Sequence record: MW584166.1 | DNA length: 64,000 nucleotides | From: Mycobacterium phage prophi88-1 | Reading direction: 5' to 3' (one strand) | Shown: in pieces, positions 54,969 through 63,592 of the stretch | Numbering within the stretch: position 1 is the first letter of the stretch | Layout of the letters: every line of letters starts with the position of its first letter | Program-made: the position numbers and the translations under genes | The notes under the pieces: model-generated | Told to the model about the DNA's origin: nothing | Seen by the model: only the letters and a program-made list of their open reading frames with translations | Databases searched by the model: none

Positions 54969-56245
54969 GCGAGCACTTTGCGATCGTCGGCGACGCCATC
55001 GCTCCGCAGCCCTGGATGCAGATGCGCCACCTCAAAGGCGCGGAAGTGCCTTCGGTGTCAAAGTCTTACGACACATCAGGTGGCGGCAACAAGAACGACG
55101 CAGTCCACGCTGTCGTGGTGTCCTGGACGAACAACACCCCGATTCCGCAATCGGTCTACGGCATGGTGACCCGGGAGGGCGCCCAGGTGACGCTGCAGGC
55201 ACGGTCCCGCGGCTACCTGCTCACCCTCCACGGCCGCGATATCACCGCAACCGCGGCGGTGCCGACATCGTGGGACATGGCCGAGGTCAGCAAGTTCGGT
55301 ATCGGCGGCGACATCGGTAAGGGCGGAATCCTGGCTCTCGGCACCGGATTCGGGGTCAGCGAGATCCGGCAGAACTCCGCCAGCATCCCGTTGATGCCGC
55401 ACTGGACCGGCTGGAGCATCGTGGCACCCGGGCAGACGTTCCACGGCCGGGTGGAGGTGCGGTTCCGGACGGACTTCTGGGAGAACACCTCGATCGATGG
55501 CGGTGACCAAAACACCGAGTCGGGCTTCATCTCCGGCGGCACCCGACTGGATCTCTACGCCACCCCGGTCATCGGTGAGCCACCTGTCTTGTCGACCCCC
55601 ACGGTTGTCGGGATAGAGCACTCGGTGAACAACACCTTCCACACCGACGTCGATGTGCCCGCGGGCACTGCCTTAGGCGACATGCTTATTGCGGTGGTAT
55701 CCAACCAGTTCGGGCTCATCAGCGACATCAAGCCCGAGCAGACCGGCTGGACACAGGTCCACGCCCGCGACGGCGGCTGGGAAGACGCTCACATGAAGGT
55801 GTACGTGCGGGCCGCCAAAGCCACCGAACCGGCCTCCTACACGTTCGGCAACGGCTTACTGGCTGAGTCCATCGCACACCTGATCACCGTGCGCGGCGCC
55901 AACCAGCTGCTCGATGAGGGCTGGCAGTTCGCATCGTCGCTACGCAAGAGATGGTGGGAACGCTATGACGGCCATATCTGCCCATCGATCGACCGCGCCG
56001 GACAACTGCTGCTGTTGGTGTCCTACATCCCGCACAACGCGCTCCAAACCACACTCACGCAGACCGTGCCGGCCGGGACGACGGAACTGGAGAACCTAGA
56101 CGGGAACCTGGCATGCAGCGCGGTGGCCGCACTGCCGAACCCGCCGCGGCCGACGGGGGAACGCACGTTCGTCGCGTCGGAGGAACCGTCCTGGGCCGGC
56201 CGCTCCATCACGGCATCGATCCTGGTGCCCGGCACGTTCCAGTAG
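54965..56245 (+). CDS. minor tail protein
   Basis: ATG 54965 overlapping upstream stop; 426 aa. Confidence 0.5.
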   Translation: MSEHFAIVGDAIAPQPWMQMRHLKGAEVPSVSKSYDTSGGGNKNDAVHAVVVSWTNNTPIPQSVYGMVTREGAQVTLQARSRGYLLTLHGRDITATAAVPTSWDMAEVSKFGIGGDIGKGGILALGTGFGVSEIRQNSASIPLMPHWTGWSIVAPGQTFHGRVEVRFRTDFWENTSIDGGDQNTESGFISGGTRLDLYATPVIGEPPVLSTPTVVGIEHSVNNTFHTDVDVPAGTALGDMLIAVVSNQFGLISDIKPEQTGWTQVHARDGGWEDAHMKVYVRAAKATEPASYTFGNGLLAESIAHLITVRGANQLLDEGWQFASSLRKRWWERYDGHICPSIDRAGQLLLLVSYIPHNALQTTLTQTVPAGTTELENLDGNLACSAVAALPNPPRPTGERTFVASEEPSWAGRSITASILVPGTFQ

Positions 56246-56264
56246 TTGCGCCTCGGAGGTTCAC

Positions 56265-56621
56265 ATGTACGACCCGCCAGATAGTTTCGACGACATGCTC
56301 GGTGACGCGGACCTGGTCCCGCAGACGGGCCCGTTCGTCCCGCTCGAAGTCCCCGGTGTCGGGGTTGTCAGGGCGCGCCGGCCGATGCCTAACGCCGTGC
56401 CGGTGCTGGCCATGTCGGTGAACGCCAAGATCGATGTTGTCGAGAAACAGGGCTACCTGACCTTGTTCCTGCAGAATCACCTGGAATCCGGCGAGCACGA
56501 ACGCATCTTGGTCACCATGATGGGCGGCGAACTGCCGGCCGACAGCATGGGCAGGGTTGCCCGCGCGATAGCGACATGGGGCACGGCCCGCCCTACCTTG
56601 CCGTCATCACGCTCAGTGTGA
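56265..56621 (+). CDS. hypothetical protein
   Basis: 118 aa. Confidence 0.45.
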   Translation: MYDPPDSFDDMLGDADLVPQTGPFVPLEVPGVGVVRARRPMPNAVPVLAMSVNAKIDVVEKQGYLTLFLQNHLESGEHERILVTMMGGELPADSMGRVARAIATWGTARPTLPSSRSV

Positions 56622-56947
56622 TGGCGGCTACTCATTGGCGGGCGATTCGGACCCGGATGCGGGGCGACGGTATCGCCGATCCGATGCGGCAGTTGCCGCA
56701 CATGCACGCACTGATCGACGAAGCCGAGAAGGTGTGGCTGGAAGCCCTGCACACCGGCAACGAGGAAAAGGACAAGCACGAGCGCGAGCAGCTGTTGGAC
56801 CGGCTGTACGCGCCGACCACAGACGGCGCCGAGACGCTGAACGGCGACGGATACCAAGCCAAACGCACGCCGCCGCCCGGGTTTGAAGATCCGGCCGAGG
56901 TCGAGGCCAACTTCGATGCGGTCGCGCGGGCTTTCGGCGGCCGGTAG
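56621..56947 (+). CDS. hypothetical protein
   Basis: ATG 56621 overlapping upstream stop; 108 aa. Confidence 0.4.
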   Translation: MAATHWRAIRTRMRGDGIADPMRQLPHMHALIDEAEKVWLEALHTGNEEKDKHEREQLLDRLYAPTTDGAETLNGDGYQAKRTPPPGFEDPAEVEANFDAVARAFGGR

Positions 56948-56976
56948 TTGCACGCCGCCGCCCTAGCCTGCCCGGC

Positions 56977-57399
56977 ATGGCGAAGGTGGCGCAGGTGGTC
57001 CCGTATCTCGACATGTCGGCCCCGCGCGGCCAGCGCCTCGCACCGGAGATGCGCGAAGAGATCGCCGAAGTCGCGCCCTCGACCCTGAACGACGGCGCGG
57101 TCAAGACAGCGAAACTGGCCGAAGAAGCAGTCACCGAACCGAAACTGGCTGCCGGAGCGGTCACATCGCCCAAGATCGCGTCGAAGGGCGTCAAGGCCGT
57201 CAACATCGACGACGCTGCCGTTGGCACAGCCCAGCTGGCCGCTGGTGCTGTCACCGCAGCCAAGGCCGGCGTCGGTGTTGTCACTGCCCACGACAGCGCA
57301 GGCAACGCCATCAAGCTCGACGCAGTGCCCATGACCTCGACCGACTACACGGCGCTGACGACCAAAGAACCCAACGTCCTCTACCTGCTGAGCGACTGA
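56977..57399 (+). CDS. minor tail protein with AxxAVTxPK repeats
   Basis: 140 aa; repeated AAGAVT motifs. Confidence 0.45.
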   Translation: MAKVAQVVPYLDMSAPRGQRLAPEMREEIAEVAPSTLNDGAVKTAKLAEEAVTEPKLAAGAVTSPKIASKGVKAVNIDDAAVGTAQLAAGAVTAAKAGVGVVTAHDSAGNAIKLDAVPMTSTDYTALTTKEPNVLYLLSD

Positions 57400-58097
57400 T
57401 GCCCGGTATCTACCTCGGCGGCACCGCTATCAAGGCAATGATGCTTGGCGAGAAGGCCATTACCCGGGCGTATCTCGGCGAAACCCTGGTGTGGTCAGCG
57501 AACCGGATCCGCGACGACTTCAACCGTGCTGACGGCGATCTCGGTGTCAACTGGGTGATCAGCTCCAGCGTCGACGGTTATAAGCCCAGTGTGGTCGGCA
57601 ATGTGTGCCGCCTCGGAGTGCCGGACGGGTTGCTCTCGCTGCAGCTGAACGGCGCTCACGCCCGCTACGTCGCCACGCTGGACCGCGACGACGGCTATGT
57701 GGAGTTCCGCATCGGCAGCCAGGGGTCAGGGCCGAGCCTAACCGGTGACCTGTGTAGAACCACGATCCTGGGGCGCGGGTCCAACAATGCTGTCATCGGT
57801 GGTGTTGGGGTGCAAATGGATTCATCGACGCTGCGGATCGTGCGGAGGGCCGGGGTGGACACTGTGGTCAAGACGATCGGCACCTTCGGCGCTGGCGATG
57901 TCATCCGGCACAACTTCGTCGGGAACGTGCACACGTTCCGCCGCAACGGCAGCCTGCTCGAAGAGTGGAACGACGAGAACGCCACCGCCCCCAAGGGAGC
58001 AGGGAACCGGTCGCTGATCATCTCCGTGCAGGGTTCCAAGGATCTCTTGGGGCCACGCAGGTTTGGCCCGGCCATTGACTACGTGGAGATGGGCTGA
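57399..58097 (+). CDS. minor tail/fibre protein
   Basis: 232 aa. Confidence 0.45.
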   Translation: MPGIYLGGTAIKAMMLGEKAITRAYLGETLVWSANRIRDDFNRADGDLGVNWVISSSVDGYKPSVVGNVCRLGVPDGLLSLQLNGAHARYVATLDRDDGYVEFRIGSQGSGPSLTGDLCRTTILGRGSNNAVIGGVGVQMDSSTLRIVRRAGVDTVVKTIGTFGAGDVIRHNFVGNVHTFRRNGSLLEEWNDENATAPKGAGNRSLIISVQGSKDLLGPRRFGPAIDYVEMG

Positions 58098-58255
58098 TGT
58101 CGGCCCGGTCCTTCGTGCAGCTCGTCAAGTATCCGCTGTTCTACGTCGCGCTGGCCGGGTTCTCGTTCCGGATTGGTTGGTGTGCAGCCCATTACGTCAG
58201 TGACCGCATGGACAACTTTGATCCAGATATCGGTAAGGGGAAGTACGGATGGTGA
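58097..58255 (+). CDS. small single-TM membrane protein (52 aa), holin-like candidate upstream of lysin genes
   Basis: ATG overlapping upstream stop; MSARSFVQLVKYPLFYVALAGFSFRIGWCAAHYV...; below ORF-track cut-off. Confidence 0.3.
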   Translation: MSARSFVQLVKYPLFYVALAGFSFRIGWCAAHYVSDRMDNFDPDIGKGKYGW

Positions 58256-58536
58256 TCAAGGACCGGATAGCTCAGTGGCGCGGGGAGTTGTTCGACAGCA
58301 TCGGCGAACACTGCGGCGCTGTCGTGCGCGAGCTGTTGACGAAGTTCCTCAACGATTTCCGGCAGGATGTGCGTGCCGAGGTCGCCGCGCTCGCGCGTAA
58401 GGCCGACGAATCGGTGGACAAGCTCACCGACGCCATCCCCGGCACCCTCGATGACCGGCTGTTCGACGGCCGGTTCGGGCAACTGCTGCAACGTCTTGAA
58501 CAGCTGGTCCCGCTCTTCGGTGGTGGCAGCCGATGA
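58249..58536 (+). CDS. hypothetical protein
   Basis: 95 aa soluble helical protein. Confidence 0.45.
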   Translation: MVIKDRIAQWRGELFDSIGEHCGAVVRELLTKFLNDFRQDVRAEVAALARKADESVDKLTDAIPGTLDDRLFDGRFGQLLQRLEQLVPLFGGGSR

Positions 58537-60071
58537 GTTTCGTATGGTTCCGGCCCGACGGCCCGCTGCGCAGCCGCGAGCAGATCGCCTGCGAGGTGCA
58601 CGCCGTGTCACTGGCACGTGGTCTTGACGAGCTTGCCACCGTTTTGGCGCTCATGTGCATCGACGTCGAGGTCGGCGCCGAAGACGACAACGGGCAGCGG
58701 CAGTGGTGGTGCCCGTGGAACGCGGCAGACCCGCAAACCGAGCAGTTCGGCCACGACTCGCAATCCGACGATGCTCTCTCGTCGGGCTATTTCCAGCAGC
58801 AGGTCTCACGTCCTGGTGCCCCAGGGCGTCCCTGGGGCTGGGGCGGCCTGTTCGGCGACCTCAATGGTGCCAGGAAACGCATGACCCTGGCCGACTCCGC
58901 GGACATGTTCCTGGCCGCGCTGCCCGACGACTACGGGCGCGCTGCTGGAAACCCAGCCGTGGCAGGGCAAGTCGTGCAGCAGGTCCAAAAGTCGGCGTTC
59001 CCGGATCGGTATGCGCAGCGTTGGGGCGAAGCATGGTCGGTGCTGCGTCGCGCGCTGGCCGGCGGGCCCGTGGATCCGTCCGTGCCGACCACGCCGGATG
59101 TGCTGACACCGGCGCCCGGCTTCCGCGGAGACCCATACTGGCTGGCCGATGTGCTGCGTGCCGAGGGGCTGCGCGTTTTCGAGATGGACGGCTGGAAAGA
59201 CCGCGGGGAAGGCGACCAAGGCGTGCTGTGGGGCGCGGTGTTCCATCACACCGGCAACGCCAACGAGACCCCAGAAGGGATCGCATTCCATCCGACGCTG
59301 GGGTTGGCCGCGCACCTGCTGATCCGGCCCAACGGCGATGTATGGGTCTGCGGTATCGGCAAGGCCAACCATGCCGGTGTCGGGTCGTGGCCCGGGATTC
59401 CCACCGACAACGCCAACCCGGTGACGATCGGGGTAGAGGTCGCGATCCTGCCGCAGGAGAACGCCCCACACCGGACCGGCTGGCCGCCAGTGCAATACGA
59501 GGCCACGGTCAAGGCATTCGCAGCGATCCTACGCAAGCTCGCCCAGACGGCGAAACGCGCTATCTCCCACAAGGAATGGGCGCAACTCGGCCCCGCCGGG
59601 GTGCGGCAGGGCAAGTGGGACCCCGGCGCCATCGACATGAACATCTTCCGCACCGACGTCCAGAGACAAATCGACACCCGCACCACAGGAGGTTTCCTTA
59701 TGGCCCTGACCGACTCCGAACAGCGCGAGATCCTGGATTACGTTCGCGCGCAGAACGCGCCGATTCCGTCTACCTCGCCGCTACGGCACCTCGGCGAAGG
59801 AAACGTGAACACCCGCGCCAACCTGGCGCGCGCCATCGACGCCAACCAGCACGTGACCGCGGTGGTCACCCTGGCCAAGGAAGGTCACACACCCTCGATC
59901 GCGCTGCTCTGGGAGGTATCCACGGCGGCCGACAACCCGGGCACGTACCCGGACCGGCAGGAAGACGCCAACCTCGCCAAGACGCTGCTGGCCAGCATCA
60001 GCAAGACCAAGAAAGCCGTCGCCGCCGAGGACATCGAAGCGTGGCTCGACGCCGAGAAGGCTGCCGCATGA
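58533..60071 (+). CDS. lysA: endolysin Lysin A (N-terminal peptidase-like domain, central amidase_2/PGRP domain, C-terminal wall-binding region)
   Basis: 512 aa; amidase_2 signature VLWGAVFHHTGN...IAFHPTLG...GIGKANHAG. Confidence 0.85.
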   Translation: MSFVWFRPDGPLRSREQIACEVHAVSLARGLDELATVLALMCIDVEVGAEDDNGQRQWWCPWNAADPQTEQFGHDSQSDDALSSGYFQQQVSRPGAPGRPWGWGGLFGDLNGARKRMTLADSADMFLAALPDDYGRAAGNPAVAGQVVQQVQKSAFPDRYAQRWGEAWSVLRRALAGGPVDPSVPTTPDVLTPAPGFRGDPYWLADVLRAEGLRVFEMDGWKDRGEGDQGVLWGAVFHHTGNANETPEGIAFHPTLGLAAHLLIRPNGDVWVCGIGKANHAGVGSWPGIPTDNANPVTIGVEVAILPQENAPHRTGWPPVQYEATVKAFAAILRKLAQTAKRAISHKEWAQLGPAGVRQGKWDPGAIDMNIFRTDVQRQIDTRTTGGFLMALTDSEQREILDYVRAQNAPIPSTSPLRHLGEGNVNTRANLARAIDANQHVTAVVTLAKEGHTPSIALLWEVSTAADNPGTYPDRQEDANLAKTLLASISKTKKAVAAEDIEAWLDAEKAAA

Positions 60072-61234
60072 ACGGCTCTGACGGGAAGTGGATCGGCTAC
60101 GGGGAGGGTGATGAATCCGACGCGGTGATACCGATCGAACGCCGGCTGTTGCTCGCCTATCCGAAGAACAGCCGCGCTATCGAACACGGCGTCATCTTGG
60201 ACCGCAAGTACACCGCGGCCACCAAGGCTTCGGTCATCGACATCACCACGTTCATGAACAACGACCCCGGCGAATTGGAGCGTCTGCAGCGCATGGGGAT
60301 CGCCACCCCACTGCGTAGTGATGGCGTGGCGAACCTCGACGTGCGCAAGGCCATTGGCGCCTACGTCGAAGCCCCCACCAACCCGGCGCCGTCCCTGTAC
60401 CCGATCCAGGGCGTGTGGGCTGATTCGCGGGCGTTCCTGAATCCGCCGACAGCGCACAGCTTCGCCAAGGCCACCAACGATTTCCGCGACGAAGCGATGC
60501 GCCTCTACCGGCCGATGGCGGGCACACCCATCTGGCTTATCGGCTACAGCATGGGCGGGGTATCGGTGCAGAAGTTCCTGACCGCGCTCCCGCCCGAATG
60601 GCGCGAATACGTCGTCGGTGTAACCACATTCGGCGACCCGGCGATACCCGCCGAAGGCAGCCTCAATGGAAATGATCCGGGGGAGGGGATCTCCAAAACT
60701 CCTCAGCCCTCCTGGGTGTGGGATCGCTACTGGTCCTATTCGATCGACGGCGACTGGTACCCGCGTGCCCGCGGCCTGCTGTTCCTGTTGTACGAGCTGC
60801 TGACTCGCGCAGAGCTGACCTTGGATTTCGCCAGCTATCTGTTCACCGTGTTCCCGCGACAGGCGTTCCAGCAGCTACTCGGGACCGCGCCGAGCGACGA
60901 CCCACTGTATGGAGTGTTGAAGGGCCTGGCCGGACTAATGACGTCGGGGCCTGCGAATGTGTTTGGCGCGCTGCTCAATCCGCTGCAACTGTTCGCGATC
61001 CTGCCCGACCTGGTGCGCCTGCTATTCGATGCCATCAAGTTCATCGCCACCGGCGCACACGGCAAGTACGGGGACCCGGCCTATGCGCTGTGGGATGGCA
61101 TGACAGCGGTCGACCACGCAGTGAAGACCATCCGACAGCAAGCGCCGGATGGCTGCACACTGTTCCTGCTGCCGGGTACATGGGACGTATGGAACCACGG
61201 ATTCCAGTTCGATGTTGCGGCTCAGCTCCAGTAG
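60068..61234 (+). CDS. lysB: Lysin B mycolylarabinogalactan esterase (alpha/beta hydrolase, GYSMGG)
   Basis: 388 aa; lipase pentapeptide LIGYSMGGV; N-terminal peptidoglycan-binding-like linker typical of LysB. Confidence 0.85.
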   Translation: MNGSDGKWIGYGEGDESDAVIPIERRLLLAYPKNSRAIEHGVILDRKYTAATKASVIDITTFMNNDPGELERLQRMGIATPLRSDGVANLDVRKAIGAYVEAPTNPAPSLYPIQGVWADSRAFLNPPTAHSFAKATNDFRDEAMRLYRPMAGTPIWLIGYSMGGVSVQKFLTALPPEWREYVVGVTTFGDPAIPAEGSLNGNDPGEGISKTPQPSWVWDRYWSYSIDGDWYPRARGLLFLLYELLTRAELTLDFASYLFTVFPRQAFQQLLGTAPSDDPLYGVLKGLAGLMTSGPANVFGALLNPLQLFAILPDLVRLLFDAIKFIATGAHGKYGDPAYALWDGMTAVDHAVKTIRQQAPDGCTLFLLPGTWDVWNHGFQFDVAAQLQ

Positions 61235-61241
61235 TGCCACG

Positions 61242-61259
61242 GCTCCGCACGAGCGGAGC
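61242..61259 (+). terminator. hairpin GCTCCGC-acga-GCGGAGC 8 bp after lysB stop
   Basis: 7-bp perfect stem, 4-nt loop; no U-tract (common in mycobacteria). Confidence 0.4.
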
Positions 61260-61325
61260 AGGCAGGGCCTTCGCTCGCTGTCAGCCCGACCGCCGAATCC
61301 CCGGATCGTTCCTGCACCGGGCCCC

Positions 61326-61484
61326 CTAGTTCATATGGTGGAGCTTGAACCCGATATCCGCGACTGCTTCTGCCAGCTTCTCGATCGCCTCAGCCATATA
61401 GCGCTCGTATTCGTTGTTGGCCGCCGTCTTCGCCGAGGCCGCCAATTGTTGGGCGGTCTTGGCGTTGTTGCGTGAGGTAGCCAT
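61326..61484 (-). CDS. small protein (52 aa) MATSRNNAKTAQQLAASAKTAANNEYERYMAEAIEKLAEAVADIGFKLHHMN
   Basis: Minus-strand ORF missed by size cut-off; its last 15 nt are an inverted copy of the tRNA 3' end / att core. Confidence 0.4.
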   Translation of the reverse strand: MATSRNNAKTAQQLAASAKTAANNEYERYMAEAIEKLAEAVADIGFKLHHMN

Positions 61485-61502
61485 GATTCTCCTACTCGGG
61501 GT

Positions 61503-61811
61503 CTAGGGGTAGATGTGGTACTGGGGCTGCCCGAGCGGAGTCGGGGGAAACTCGTTCGGGTCGATCGGGTAGCAGCGGCCGGTGGACGGTACCCACCCGC
61601 TGACCTGACCGTACTGGCCGAACGTCGCCTGCGGCGCCGAGGTGAAGCAGCGATCCCAGGTGCCGTCCGCCTTGATCGGGCCGTCGCAGTATTGCGCGAA
61701 CGGCTGCGTTTCACATCCCGCGCTAGCCGGCGCCGCGAGTCCGATTCCGACGCCGGCAGGGATGGCAACCGCGGCCGTCACCGCAAGGCGGATTCGTCTG
61801 GTGATCGACAT
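61503..61811 (-). CDS. secreted Cys-containing small protein
   Basis: Signal peptide MSITRRIRLAVTAAVAIPAGVGIGLAAPASAGC; 102 aa. Confidence 0.5.
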   Translation of the reverse strand: MSITRRIRLAVTAAVAIPAGVGIGLAAPASAGCETQPFAQYCDGPIKADGTWDRCFTSAPQATFGQYGQVSGWVPSTGRCYPIDPNEFPPTPLGQPQYHIYP

Positions 61812-61900
61812 ATTTCGGTTTCCCCCTCGGTATGAAGCTGAGGGGACTTTACAAGATCACACCCAGGTCAGAAGTGGTAACGCTGGTGTTCAGGCCGAGC

Positions 61901-62230
61901 TTACGGTGTGTAGGGCAGCCCTTGGGAAGCTCGGCGGCACTTTCGTGCGATGTCCAATTGCATCTGCTCCGCGGTGCATGCGAAATCCCAGAGCACGTCT
62001 GCAACCAGTCGAATTACGCTGGTCGGGACCGGAGAAGTGCCGGAGAACTTGCCGACCAGGGCCGCCAGAGGCCCTGTGACGGGGTCCGACTCGGTGCCGA
62101 TGCCTAACAGCTCGGTGATCTGGTCCAGTTCTTGAGAGACATCGAGCTGGCTGTTTTTATGTACAGCTTCTTCCAGGCCGTCGACTTTCTCGGCGGCCTC
62201 GCGCAATTCTTCGGGTTTCCATAGCAACAT
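61901..62230 (-). CDS. hypothetical protein (possible immunity/orphan cassette member)
   Basis: 109 aa. Confidence 0.4.
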   Translation of the reverse strand: MLLWKPEELREAAEKVDGLEEAVHKNSQLDVSQELDQITELLGIGTESDPVTGPLAALVGKFSGTSPVPTSVIRLVADVLWDFACTAEQMQLDIARKCRRASQGLPYTP

Positions 62231-62292
62231 ACGAGGATCGTCTCAGGCCTCTCGCCGGAGTGGGGCGACACGCCGATGCAGGGTCATGCTGG

Positions 62293-62991
62293 TCACGCGA
62301 GGAAGTCGGAGACCTGCCCTCTAATGGCGGAGATTTCGTCGTCGATCCTTGGACGTGGCCATGCTTGGGAACCACCGAAAGCCCACATGACTGACAGTTC
62401 GCGCAGCTTGGCGATTGCGTAGGAGAACTCGGGGAGTTTCAGGGGAGGCGTGTACGCGTCGGATTTGATCTGTTCGACGACTAATCCGTTCAACCTGTTC
62501 GTCATGGCTTGATGGATCACCGGTGGCCCGAGATGTCCGTCGTTTTCTGGTAGCGACAGCCACAGCTCGACGTCGGCAGCCCGCGGGTCACCGCTGATCG
62601 TGAGAAGACGGTGGGTAGCGGCGATCGTCGCCTCGCATGGACTCCACAGGCCGTAGTTGCCGATGAACGGGACGTCCTTGGCCACTACCGCGAGACCGTA
62701 GAGGACATCCTGCGTTGCAACCAAACTGAGCAACATCGCCGGCTCAAAGAGGAGCTGCATGCCGACATCCCCGCCGACAGTGCCCTTCTTCATAGCTCGA
62801 TCCACGATCCCGTGTCCGCGCTTACTCAGAAGCGATGCGGACCCGTCATACAAGTCGGACAGTCGAGGCTTGATCTCACAGTTGAGTTCGGCGATCTGCG
62901 CCGTTGAAAATCGCGTGATGTCTACTGCCCCTTGATGGCCACCAAGCGCGGTGGGGGCGATCCGGGGCCGTTCTTCTGGCCGTGTTCCCAA
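62293..62991 (-). CDS. hypothetical protein, immunity-like (start uncertain)
   Basis: 232-aa ORF overlapping upstream gene by 70 nt; true start may be an internal Met (62793). Confidence 0.35.
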   Translation of the reverse strand: MGTRPEERPRIAPTALGGHQGAVDITRFSTAQIAELNCEIKPRLSDLYDGSASLLSKRGHGIVDRAMKKGTVGGDVGMQLLFEPAMLLSLVATQDVLYGLAVVAKDVPFIGNYGLWSPCEATIAATHRLLTISGDPRAADVELWLSLPENDGHLGPPVIHQAMTNRLNGLVVEQIKSDAYTPPLKLPEFSYAIAKLRELSVMWAFGGSQAWPRPRIDDEISAIRGQVSDFLA

Positions 62992-63545
62992 AGTTGTTGC
63001 GTGAATGTCAGATACACATCCACGGAATCGAGGCTCAGATTAGCGGCCTCACGCTTACCGCCGTAGAACCCCGGCACGCTCGCCCCGGCGCAGGCGTCGA
63101 ATGGCAGCTGGCTGATCCCTGTCGTGATCATCCACTCACCAAACAGTTCAGGTAGGAGAAAGCTCTGAGCAAGCGGAACGCTCAGTGCCCGCTCGAATGA
63201 GTGCGCGTCGACCCACGGCGTGACCGAACCGTCGAAGGGGTCGAGGACCACGACAGTGCGTGAGGTCTGGGCCGGGTCGGGTTCCCCCTCGGGGGTAAGT
63301 CGGCTTGTGACGGCGAACTGACGTGCCAGCCAATCAAATGCGAACACCTCGGCGGCGAGTCCGCGCGTTCCGAACATCGCATCAACCACCTGTTGCGCCG
63401 CGGGCGCTGAGGTGGCGTCGTGGAATCGGAACAGACCACTGTTCATCGAACGGCCGCATAGCCCGCGATCGGCGAACATGCCGCCAATCAAGCCGGGAAC
63501 CCAAGCGACACTTGGCCGTGTCGGCGGGTCGAATGCGAATTCCAT
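62922..63545 (-). CDS. putative immunity protein directly downstream of toxin domain
   Basis: 207 aa; cytoplasmic, no signal peptide; position immediately after HNH toxin domain. Confidence 0.4.
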   Translation of the reverse strand: MEFAFDPPTRPSVAWVPGLIGGMFADRGLCGRSMNSGLFRFHDATSAPAAQQVVDAMFGTRGLAAEVFAFDWLARQFAVTSRLTPEGEPDPAQTSRTVVVLDPFDGSVTPWVDAHSFERALSVPLAQSFLLPELFGEWMITTGISQLPFDACAGASVPGFYGGKREAANLSLDSVDVYLTFTQQLWEHGQKNGPGSPPPRLVAIKGQ

Positions 63546-63592
63546 CGATCTTCCTAAATGGTCGTTACCGGAGGTCCTGTCGACAGCGTATG

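Noticed and set aside
61330-61344. Interpreting the 15-mer as attR
   Set aside because: It is in inverted, not direct, orientation relative to the tRNA core, so it cannot be the simple attR of this integrase reaction; kept as a finding instead
61149-61475. 108-aa plus-strand ORF after lysB
   Set aside because: Overlaps the lysB 3' end and the terminator hairpin; the opposite strand encodes a better 52-aa ORF with balanced composition
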